Origin: an uncultured virus (IMG/VR IMGVR_UViG_3300030106_002968) | Taxonomy: Duplodnaviria > Heunggongvirae > Uroviricota > Caudoviricetes | Strand: one strand, 5' to 3' | Length of the DNA: 64,000 nt | Virus record (IMG/VR): IMGVR_UViG_3300030106_002968 | Part shown: positions 38,287 through 46,388 of the stretch, piece by piece | How the letters are laid out: the number at the start of each line of letters is the position of its first letter | Numbering within the stretch: position 1 is the stretch's first letter | Notes under the pieces: generated by a model | Seen by the model: only the letters and a program-made list of their open reading frames with translations | Database searches by the model: none | Told to the model about the DNA's origin: nothing | Position numbers and translations under genes: made by a program

Positions 38287-39995
38287 TTATATTTCGTAAA
38301 ATAAAATGGAAAAATTTGTTATCTACAGGTAACTATTGGACTGAAATAAAACTAGATAACAAAGATAGCACACTTATTGTAGGTGAAAATGGTTCTGGTA
38401 AATCAACAATGCTTGATGCCTTGTGTTTTGCTTTGTTCAATAAACCATTTCGTAAAGTATCAAAGCCACAATTAATTAACTCTATTAATGGTAGAGACTT
38501 AATTGTAGAATTACATTTTGATACAAATAATAAATCATATAAAGTTGTTCGTGGTGCAAAACCAAATGTGTTTGAAATATATTGCAATGGTGAACTTGTA
38601 AACCAAGATGCAAATGTAAGAGACTATCAAGAGTACCTAGAAAAATTTATACTTAAACTCAACTATAAATCATTTACACAAATTGTAATATTAGGCTCTG
38701 CCTCGTTTACACCATTTATGCAACTATCATCAAACGATAGAAGGTCAATCATAGAAGAGTTGTTAGAGATTCGTGTGTTCTCTACAATGAATGGTTTATT
38801 GAAGTCGAAGATGATAGAAAATAAAGATGAGATTACAGAGAAAAAACATTCAATAGAATTAAATGAACAACAATATGATTTAAAGTTGTCGTATCTAAAC
38901 ACAATCAAAGATGATAATGCTTTGAAAGTACAAAAATTTGAAACAGAAAAAGTTAGATGTAATAATGAAATCATAAACTATACAAACTATAATGAAGCAA
39001 ATACGGCTATCGTAAATGAACTACAAGAAGAGGTAAAACAAAAAACAAAGTCTGAAGCTAGAATAAAAAAGATAACTAAATTAGAATCGCAGATAGAGTC
39101 TACGGTAAATATGTATAAAAAAGATAAACACTTTTTTGAAAATCATGATGATTGTCCTACTTGTATGCAACATATTGACCAAGATTTTAAAGTGAAAGAA
39201 CTTGATAACTTAGACAAAAATATAAAAAAACTTGATATTGGTCTCAATGATTTGGCACAAAAATTTAACGATGAACAAATAAAGTTAGAAGAAATTAAAA
39301 AAGCACAAGAATCTATACAAGAGTTGCAGGTAAACATTGCTACAAATAACAATGTAATACAGGCGAAGAAAGATAGAATACGAGACATAGAGAAAGAAAT
39401 ATATTCTATTAAGAATCATAAATCTAATTCTGAAAAAGAACAGAAACAACTTGATAGTCTAAAAGAAATATTAGAAGAATTAAGAGTTGAACTAAAAGAC
39501 TTATTAGAAAATAAAGGTTACTATGAGGCAGCCTCTACATTACTCAGAGATACTGGTGTAAAAACTAAAATTATCAAACAATATTTACCAATTATAAATC
39601 AATTGACAAATAAATATCTCTCTAGTTTAGACTTCTTTGTGAACTTTAATTTAGACGAAAGCTTTAAAGAAACAATCAAATCAAGACACCGTGATGACTT
39701 CTCTTACTCTTCATTTAGTGAAGGTGAGAAACAAAGAATAGACATGGCCTTGATGTTGACTTGGCGTGCTGTGGCCAAGATAAAAAACTCAGCAAATACA
39801 AACTTGCTTATTCTTGATGAAACCTTTGATTCTTCATTAGATGTAAATGGTACTGAAGATTTGATGAAAATTTTACAATTACTAGAAGATGTAAACTTAT
39901 TTGTGATTAGTCATAAAGGCGATGTGTTACAAGACAAATTTATGAATGTAATCAAATTCAAAAAAGAGCGTAATTTTTCAAAGGCATATAAATGA
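38283..39995 (+). CDS. gp46: Recombination ATPase gp46 (Rad50/SbcC-like)
   Basis: GENGSGKST, CPTC zinc hook, FSEGEK signature, LILDE, ISH. Confidence 0.96.
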   Translation: MIIFRKIKWKNLLSTGNYWTEIKLDNKDSTLIVGENGSGKSTMLDALCFALFNKPFRKVSKPQLINSINGRDLIVELHFDTNNKSYKVVRGAKPNVFEIYCNGELVNQDANVRDYQEYLEKFILKLNYKSFTQIVILGSASFTPFMQLSSNDRRSIIEELLEIRVFSTMNGLLKSKMIENKDEITEKKHSIELNEQQYDLKLSYLNTIKDDNALKVQKFETEKVRCNNEIINYTNYNEANTAIVNELQEEVKQKTKSEARIKKITKLESQIESTVNMYKKDKHFFENHDDCPTCMQHIDQDFKVKELDNLDKNIKKLDIGLNDLAQKFNDEQIKLEEIKKAQESIQELQVNIATNNNVIQAKKDRIRDIEKEIYSIKNHKSNSEKEQKQLDSLKEILEELRVELKDLLENKGYYEAASTLLRDTGVKTKIIKQYLPIINQLTNKYLSSLDFFVNFNLDESFKETIKSRHRDDFSYSSFSEGEKQRIDMALMLTWRAVAKIKNSANTNLLILDETFDSSLDVNGTEDLMKILQLLEDVNLFVISHKGDVLQDKFMNVIKFKKERNFSKAYK

Positions 39996-40201
39996 CAGAA
40001 ATAGATGGACAATCAGCAATAGATGGTTTTATATTATTATCTGAATATTGGTCAGATGATAAAAAAAGAAATGCAAGAGTATATCATAGACCCTTTGGTG
40101 GTTATATGGCAAAATTTTTTAATGATGGTAATTTTTCTTCTCGCATATATTCAAATAGTGAAATAGATGCAGAGGGTCACGCAGAGGAGTTTGTTAAATG
40201 A
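39992..40201 (+). CDS. Hypothetical protein
   Basis: 69-aa ORF with ATGA overlaps to both neighbours. Confidence 0.6.
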   Translation: MTEIDGQSAIDGFILLSEYWSDDKKRNARVYHRPFGGYMAKFFNDGNFSSRIYSNSEIDAEGHAEEFVK

Positions 40202-40770
40202 GTGAAGACTTTGTAATTGATACAGGTAAAAATGTTTATAAAGAACCTTCTTATGATCCGTATGGTTTTTTACCAGAGACTCACCCAATGCTTCGTCAAT
40301 CTATACCTAAATGTGAGTTGATATTACCAAATACACAGATAGACACATTAATACAGAGACTACACAAGACAATGAAAACTGCCGGTGGTATTGGTCTATC
40401 TGCAAATCAATGTGGTGTAAACATTAGAATGTTTATCATGGGTTTTGGCGAACAAGTTTATGCCTGTATAAATCCAGAAGTTGTTGAACAATCAGACGAA
40501 CTTGTTGATGAACAAGAAGGATGTTTGTCTTTTCCTGGTTTAATATTAAGAGTAAAAAGACCTAGATGGATACAGGCTAAGTACACAAACAAAGATGGTG
40601 AAACAGTAGAAGAAAGATTTGAAGGTCTTACTGCTAGATGTTATCTACATGAACTTGACCATATGAATGGTATTCGTTTTGTAGATAAGGTTGGCAAGGT
40701 ATCACTTGATAAGGCAAGAAGAAAACAGGCAAAACTGATAAAAGCTGTTGAAAGGAGGCGAAATGGGTGA
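40198..40770 (+). CDS. def: Peptide deformylase
   Basis: All three PDF motifs: GIGLSANQ, EGCLS, HELDH. Confidence 0.95.
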   Translation: MSEDFVIDTGKNVYKEPSYDPYGFLPETHPMLRQSIPKCELILPNTQIDTLIQRLHKTMKTAGGIGLSANQCGVNIRMFIMGFGEQVYACINPEVVEQSDELVDEQEGCLSFPGLILRVKRPRWIQAKYTNKDGETVEERFEGLTARCYLHELDHMNGIRFVDKVGKVSLDKARRKQAKLIKAVERRRNG

Positions 40771-40978
40771 TATAATGTTAAATAGTAAATTAGTAAATAC
40801 ATTAAGTGAATACTTTAAGGCACAATTTGAAAAACACAGAATGAATGCTAGTATTATGTTAAACAATCCTCAAGGTATACCAGAACATACGGACTGGATG
40901 GAGTCTGTAGAAAAAGAGATAGAGAAGATGGCTGAATATGATGAGAAACTACACATGGTGACCAAATATTTGAAATGA
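40763..40978 (+). CDS. Hypothetical protein
   Basis: ATG at 40763 after AGGAGG; NPQGIPEH motif. Confidence 0.65.
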   Translation: MGDIMLNSKLVNTLSEYFKAQFEKHRMNASIMLNNPQGIPEHTDWMESVEKEIEKMAEYDEKLHMVTKYLK

Positions 40979-42258
40979 ATTTATATAAGTATGACCCTAA
41001 AGATAATGTAAGAACGCAGTATAAAAAATGGTGTAGGTCAGACAAAGAATTTGATGATGTATCTGATGATGAACTAAAAGAAAATATTGTGAAAGACCTC
41101 TCATACGTTTCACAAATGGACGTAAGAGAGTATACTTTATATCAAAAGTATTGTGAAGTAAAACAAAGATATCCGACAATCACAGTAAACGACCTATGGG
41201 AAGGTGAACGCCAAGTATTAAAAGAAGAGAAGCAAAGAAAAGCTTTGGCAGAGGTAAAGAATAATATTTGGCAACCAAAAACAAATGAAGATTACCTAGA
41301 GTTAGAGCCTGAACTCATATACACAGGTAATAAAGAAGGTATGCCTGAAGTTTGGAATGCCATCAGAACATTTACATCTACAATGAGAAACAACTCCAAT
41401 ATAGGCAGAAACTTGGCCTATATTATTCGTGATAGAAAAACAAAAAAATATCTAGGTGTCATCTGTATTACAGGTGATTTTATTGACCTCACACCAAGAG
41501 ATAAATTTATTGGTTGGGACCGTAACTACAAAACAGAAAGTGGTATGTTAAATCATACTGCAATAGGTTCGACCATTGTGCCACTTCAGCCTCTCGGTTT
41601 TAATTATGTTGGTGGCAAACTATTAGCATTACTTTGTTTATCAGAAGAGATACAGGCACAATGGAAGAAAAACTACGGTGATAATTTAGTGAGTGTGACA
41701 ACTACATCACTTTATGGTAATACTAAAAAGGGTGGTCTATCACAATACGATAATCTAAAATACTGGAAACCAATGGGTTTTACAAGTGGTTCTGTTTCAT
41801 ATGAACCAACAAAGAAAACAATATATCAGATTAGACATTGGCTAATGAAGAATTATCCACGAAAGTATTTTGAATGGTATGTTGCCAAAAGGCCAAATGG
41901 TCAACAGTTAAAAAGAGACCATAGGCATAGGTCATATGCCTTTACATACAGTAAACTTGGTGGTATATCAAAAGAAATTATGAAATCAGACCATGCAAGA
42001 GGTGTTTATTTCTGCCCATTGTATGATAAGTCATGTGAGTATTTAAGAGGTGAAGCTAAGATAGATGAATTGACAAAGGCGTTTGATAATTCTACCGAGG
42101 CTTTGTCTGAATTATGGAAGTATAAGTATGCAAAACCTAGAATCAAGCAACTGGTAAAGAAAGGCAGAGATTCTAAAGAAACCCTGTTTTATGACGATTT
42201 AATATATAAGACATGGGAAGAAACAAAAAGTTCATATTTGCCCCAAATTGGTAGATAA
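40975..42258 (+). CDS. DUF4338/DruA-like protein (probable GNAT/Mom-related fold), paralog 1
   Basis: IGRNLAYIIRD, RDKFIGW, VPLQPLGFNYVGGKLLA, TTTSLYG, SQY; motifs recalled from the DruA family. Confidence 0.7.
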   Translation: MNLYKYDPKDNVRTQYKKWCRSDKEFDDVSDDELKENIVKDLSYVSQMDVREYTLYQKYCEVKQRYPTITVNDLWEGERQVLKEEKQRKALAEVKNNIWQPKTNEDYLELEPELIYTGNKEGMPEVWNAIRTFTSTMRNNSNIGRNLAYIIRDRKTKKYLGVICITGDFIDLTPRDKFIGWDRNYKTESGMLNHTAIGSTIVPLQPLGFNYVGGKLLALLCLSEEIQAQWKKNYGDNLVSVTTTSLYGNTKKGGLSQYDNLKYWKPMGFTSGSVSYEPTKKTIYQIRHWLMKNYPRKYFEWYVAKRPNGQQLKRDHRHRSYAFTYSKLGGISKEIMKSDHARGVYFCPLYDKSCEYLRGEAKIDELTKAFDNSTEALSELWKYKYAKPRIKQLVKKGRDSKETLFYDDLIYKTWEETKSSYLPQIGR

Positions 42259-42261
42259 CTA

Positions 42262-42273
42262 TGTTACTATAAT
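42262..42273 (+). promoter_or_regulatory. Extended -10 promoter for the tRNA-like gene
   Basis: TG-T-TACTAT (42262-42270), overlapping TATAAT (42268-42273); predicted +1 at about 42277. Confidence 0.5.
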
Positions 42274-42276
42274 AAT

Positions 42277-42343
42277 GCGGTGGGTCGTTAGGACAAGCAG
42301 GCTCCAACCTGTATGCGTGGTGCGACTCCACGACACCGCTCCA
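42277..42343 (+). tRNA. Atypical 67-nt tRNA-like gene with tRNA-Gly identity elements
   Basis: Acceptor GCGGTG/CACCGC + T73 + CCA; T-arm CGTGG-TGCGACT-CCACG; anticodon arm GCAGG-CTCCAA-CCTGT; mini D-arm GTC-GTTAG-GAC. Confidence 0.75.
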
Positions 42344-42370
42344 ATGTTGTAAAAAAGAGACAAAAATAGT

Positions 42371-42428
42371 GCTTGACAATTGAGCACCATGGGTATACCA
42401 TATAGTTATAGTTAATTAAATTTCGGGA
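42371..42428 (+). promoter_or_regulatory. Early sigma70-type promoter/leader, copy 1
   Basis: TTGACA (42373) -17 bp- TACCAT (42396); 33 bp identical to copy 2. Confidence 0.8.
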
Positions 42429-42433
42429 TAATT

Positions 42434-44731
42434 ATGAATAACATTGTAGAACAAAAGTCAAATTTAGCAAAGTTACTTGCTACAGAAAATGTTACTGTAC
42501 AGCACCAAAATGTACAGACCGCATCATTCAACCCCAAAACAAGAGTCCTTATATTACCAATCTGGAAGAAAATGAGTCCTGAACTCTATGATTTATTATT
42601 GAGCCACGAGGTTGGTCACGCTCTATGGACACCAGCAGAGGGTTGGCATGAGGCAGTATGTGATAGAGGTGGAAATTACAAGGCATTCTTAAATGTTATC
42701 GAAGATGCCCGTATCGAAAAGAAAATCAAAAGAAAATATCCAGGTCTTAGAAGGTCTTATGTGAAAGGCTTTGCTGAGATTATGAATATGAATTTATTCG
42801 GCATTGAAAGTTTTGACCAGCTCGAAGCTTTTATTGATCGTATCAATGTATTTACAAAAAGTTCCTACTCAGCAGATATTAATTTCAATGCTGAAGAGCA
42901 AGCTATCATAGAAGAGATTAAAAATCTTGAGTCATGGGATGATGTTATCAATATGACAAACAGATTGTGGGATAAAGCTGTTGAAGAAAAACAGAATGAA
43001 GAGGAAGATTTTGATTTTCCTATGAATAGTTTACCATCTGATGATTTTGATTTTTCTGATGATGATGATGAGGGTGAATATCAGGATATCTCTAATGATG
43101 AATCAGGCGAGCAAGATTCCGAAGATTCAAACACAAAGTCATACAAAGATACCGATGAAGATACCGATGAAGAACCAGAAGGCAAAATGCAATCTGATTC
43201 AGAAGGTGATGGTGCTGAAGATGAAGATGGTGAAAAGTCTGAATCCACAGGTACTCATGGGTTTGTTGATGGTGATGAAGAGTTAGAACCAAATTGTAAA
43301 ACTGATGAGTCATTTAGAAGTAATGAATCTTTACTGAATGAAGAAAATCCAAAATCTTTTCAGTATGTTACTTTACCAAAGCCAGTATTGAGTAAAATAC
43401 TTGTTGATGCTAAGTCTATCAATAAGAGAATGACAGAGCATTTTGCTGAAGAGTATGCAAACAACCTTCCAATTGTAAATAATCATGCTGTGGAAGGTGA
43501 GTATGAAATTTGGCAAAAAGAATTTACTCGTGCAGGTGTTATGGCTGAGTTCAAGAAAAAGAATGACCGTTTCATTTCATTGATGGCAAAAGAGTTTGAG
43601 ATGAAGAAAGCGGCTACAAAGTATGCCAAGGCTAGATTGTACACCTCTGGTGATATTGATGTAAACAAGATATACAAGTACAAGTTTGATGATCAGCTTT
43701 TCCGTAAGTTGACAAAGTTACCTAAGGGTAAAAACCACGGTATGATTCTCACTCTTGACCTATCAGGTTCTATGGACTATAACATGAAAGGTTCCTTAGA
43801 ACAGGTATGTATTCTTACCGCATTTTGTAAGAAAGTTCAAATACCATTTAGAGTTTTGGGCTTTGCTAGTCATTGCGGTTATACAGATATCAATGCTAAT
43901 ACACAATTTAAACACAAAGTTGGTGATATAAACTTTAATGAAGATAGAGTTTTCCTTAAAGAGTTTATCAATTCTAATATGAATGCTAAAGATTATAAAA
44001 ATGCTTTTGAGAATCTATTACTTACAAAGAATAGTTTTGATTGTATTGGTAGATTTCATTGTTCAAGACCAAGAGACTTTGTTCTCGGTAGCACACCATT
44101 GAATCCTGCAATTGTTGCTTTGAAAGAAATCATTACAGAGTTCAAAACAGCTAACCAGTTAGATATTGTAAACACCATATTCGTACATGATGGTGATTCA
44201 AATAGCTTGAGAACATATATTGAGAAAGAAGATGATCCCTATGGTTCATACTTGTATGATAAAGAAGGCATTATTATTCAGGACCATAAGACGAGGTTTC
44301 AATCTATGACCAATAATCGGCATCGTAATGATAATATAACACATACGTTATTGAAATGGTTGAAGCACAGCACAGGCACACAGGTGTTTGGTTTTTTTGT
44401 CTCTACCAAAATGGCTGATGCCATTAGTTACAGATATGTTACTGAAGATAACAGAAGCTGGATGAGTTATGCTGAGAGAAAAGAAGTGCTTGCTAAAGCT
44501 AGAAAACAAAAGTTCCTTGAGTCAAACATAGCAGGTTTTGATTCTTTCTTCATTCTGAATGATAGTAAGAAGTTGACCACCGATAATGAAGAGTTTGAGT
44601 TTGAGGTGAAAGATGAGAGCAAGATTAATACTAGAAGCCTTGCCAGCCAGTTCACCAAAATGAACAAGGCCAGAGAGGTAAATCGTATTCTGGCAACAAA
44701 ATTTGTTGAAAAAATTGCGGTAAAGTTGTGA
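42434..44731 (+). CDS. CobT-like protein: HExxH domain, acidic linker, VWA domain
   Basis: HEVGH, NVIEDARIE, Asp/Glu-rich linker, MIDAS DLSGS, STPL, HDGD; adjacent to a MoxR-type ATPase. Confidence 0.8.
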   Translation: MNNIVEQKSNLAKLLATENVTVQHQNVQTASFNPKTRVLILPIWKKMSPELYDLLLSHEVGHALWTPAEGWHEAVCDRGGNYKAFLNVIEDARIEKKIKRKYPGLRRSYVKGFAEIMNMNLFGIESFDQLEAFIDRINVFTKSSYSADINFNAEEQAIIEEIKNLESWDDVINMTNRLWDKAVEEKQNEEEDFDFPMNSLPSDDFDFSDDDDEGEYQDISNDESGEQDSEDSNTKSYKDTDEDTDEEPEGKMQSDSEGDGAEDEDGEKSESTGTHGFVDGDEELEPNCKTDESFRSNESLLNEENPKSFQYVTLPKPVLSKILVDAKSINKRMTEHFAEEYANNLPIVNNHAVEGEYEIWQKEFTRAGVMAEFKKKNDRFISLMAKEFEMKKAATKYAKARLYTSGDIDVNKIYKYKFDDQLFRKLTKLPKGKNHGMILTLDLSGSMDYNMKGSLEQVCILTAFCKKVQIPFRVLGFASHCGYTDINANTQFKHKVGDINFNEDRVFLKEFINSNMNAKDYKNAFENLLLTKNSFDCIGRFHCSRPRDFVLGSTPLNPAIVALKEIITEFKTANQLDIVNTIFVHDGDSNSLRTYIEKEDDPYGSYLYDKEGIIIQDHKTRFQSMTNNRHRNDNITHTLLKWLKHSTGTQVFGFFVSTKMADAISYRYVTEDNRSWMSYAERKEVLAKARKQKFLESNIAGFDSFFILNDSKKLTTDNEEFEFEVKDESKINTRSLASQFTKMNKAREVNRILATKFVEKIAVKL

Positions 44732-44746
44732 AAATGCAACAAAACC

Positions 44747-44804
44747 GCTTGACATTTGAGCATGGTCGGTGTACCATATAGTTATAGTTAATTAAATTTC
44801 GGGA
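44747..44804 (+). promoter_or_regulatory. Early sigma70-type promoter/leader, copy 2
   Basis: TTGACA (44749) -17 bp- TACCAT (44772); 33 bp identical to copy 1. Confidence 0.8.
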
Positions 44805-44815
44805 GATTTTATATT

Positions 44816-45982
44816 ATGAGTAAAGTTAGACAAACATTTATTGATGCAGTTACCAAGTTAGGTAAAGAGACAATCACAACAGCCGATATTAAGAGTATCA
44901 TGGCTGATACTGGTATCGCTCATCCTTACTGGTTCACAAACCAAAAAGACCTAAGAGTAGGTCGTGGTAAGTATGATGCTTCAGAGTATGTTGCTAAGGT
45001 AGTTAAAATGCCTAAGACAAAAGCAACAATTACAAAAACACCAACAGCTGAGGCGAATGTAATCAGCTCAGTTGTTACATCATTAGAAGTTGAGAGTTTG
45101 GTTCCTGAGAAGCATCCAAACTATGTTCCTTTTGGTATCTACAAAGACGTAGAAACCGTTATTAAGTCAAAAGAGTTTTACCCTGTTTTTATTACTGGTC
45201 AATCTGGTAATGGTAAAACAATGTCCGTTGAACAAGCTTGTGCGAGAAACAAACGCAAGTATGTTTGTATCTCAATGACGCCTGAAACTGATGAAGGCGA
45301 TCTTCTTGGTAATTATGTATTGATTAACGGTCAGATGGAATGGCGAGATGGTCCAGTCACGGTGGCGGCGAGGCAAGGTGCTGTATTATGTATTGATGAG
45401 ATCGACTACGGTGCGAACAACCTTGCTTCGTTGCAACGTGTCCTAGAGGGCAAGCCATTTCTACTTAAAAAGAAAGGTGAGATCGTAACGCCTGCTGAAG
45501 GCTTTACAATCTTTGCTACTGCTAACACAAAAGGCAAGGGCTCAGATGATGGTCGTTATATGTACACTAATGTTCTTAACGAGGCATTTCTTGAGAGATT
45601 CCCTGCTACAGAAGAGCAAGATTGGCCTTCAAGAAAAATTGAGGTTAACATTCTCAAAAAAGAATTGAAAGGTCAAGATGATGACTTTGCTGAGAAGCTT
45701 GTTATCTGGGCTGAAGTTATCCGTAAAACATTTGAACAAGGTGGTTGTGATGAGGTCGTTTCGACTAGACGATTGGTTCACATATCAAGAACCTTTGGTA
45801 TTTTCTCCGATAAGTTAAAGAGTATATCTAAGTGTATCAATCGTTTTGATGATGACACTAAGGCTACTTTCTTAGACTTGTACACCAAAGTGGATTCTGG
45901 TGCTGATGCTGAATCACTTCTCACAGCTGATGAAACTCCCGAAACTCCCGAAGCTGATGAGGTGATTAATATATCATCATAA
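44816..45982 (+). CDS. cobS: MoxR/CobS-like AAA+ ATPase
   Basis: GQSGNGKT, LCIDEID, ATANTKGKGSDDGR, LNEAFLERF, STRRL. Confidence 0.9.
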   Translation: MSKVRQTFIDAVTKLGKETITTADIKSIMADTGIAHPYWFTNQKDLRVGRGKYDASEYVAKVVKMPKTKATITKTPTAEANVISSVVTSLEVESLVPEKHPNYVPFGIYKDVETVIKSKEFYPVFITGQSGNGKTMSVEQACARNKRKYVCISMTPETDEGDLLGNYVLINGQMEWRDGPVTVAARQGAVLCIDEIDYGANNLASLQRVLEGKPFLLKKKGEIVTPAEGFTIFATANTKGKGSDDGRYMYTNVLNEAFLERFPATEEQDWPSRKIEVNILKKELKGQDDDFAEKLVIWAEVIRKTFEQGGCDEVVSTRRLVHISRTFGIFSDKLKSISKCINRFDDDTKATFLDLYTKVDSGADAESLLTADETPETPEADEVINISS

Positions 45983-45995
45983 CCACCGCCTTTAT

Positions 45996-46027
45996 AAGGG
46001 AACGAGCAACCCCTTTAAGTGTTGCTC
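45996..46027 (+). other. Candidate structured RNA (H-type pseudoknot) in a 5' leader
   Basis: AAGGG/CCCTT interleaved with GAGCAAC/GTTGCTC. Confidence 0.4.
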
Positions 46028-46047
46028 ACTTTAACATGGAGATGTTT

Positions 46048-46320
46048 ATGTCAACCGAGAGCAAAATCATAACGTATCTATCTAAAGAAGATGGGTACAA
46101 CACGCTCACCGCCAACCAAATGCGGTCTAAATTTGGTGTGAAGAATCCATCTGCAACGGTGGATACTCTGAGAAAAAAGGGGTACGCAATATACCTCAAC
46201 TCTAAGAGGGCGGCGAACGGTACCAAGGTTAGTTTCTATCGCCTAGGTAAACCAACCAGAGCAATGGTAGCTGCTGGCATTATGGCGTTAAGGCAACATG
46301 GCGTTAATGCTTTTGCCTAA
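46048..46320 (+). CDS. Small basic protein, winged-helix-like DNA-binding candidate
   Basis: ATG at 46048 after GGAG; LTANQMRSKFGVKNPSATVDTLRKKGY..YRLG pattern. Confidence 0.6.
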   Translation: MSTESKIITYLSKEDGYNTLTANQMRSKFGVKNPSATVDTLRKKGYAIYLNSKRAANGTKVSFYRLGKPTRAMVAAGIMALRQHGVNAFA

Positions 46321-46342
46321 AAAAGTTGTATAACTTTTTAGC

Positions 46343-46377
46343 GGGACTAATAAATAGTTATTAGTCCCAACTTTTTT
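46343..46377 (+). terminator. Terminator-like hairpin containing a late promoter
   Basis: GGGACTAATA-aatagt-TATTAGTCCC then aacTTTTTT; AATAAATA at 46349-46356. Confidence 0.65.
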
Positions 46378-46388
46378 ATGGAAATATT

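Noticed and set aside
42277..42343. Ordinary tRNA-Trp(CCA) or tRNA-Gly(TCC)
   Set aside because: The loop has 6 nt and the D-arm is truncated; acceptor stem and U73 favour Gly over Trp. Kept as an atypical tRNA-like RNA.
42434..45982. Cobalamin biosynthesis (cobaltochelatase)
   Set aside because: No CobN or other cob genes in the window; the motifs only support a generic MoxR AAA+/VWA pair.
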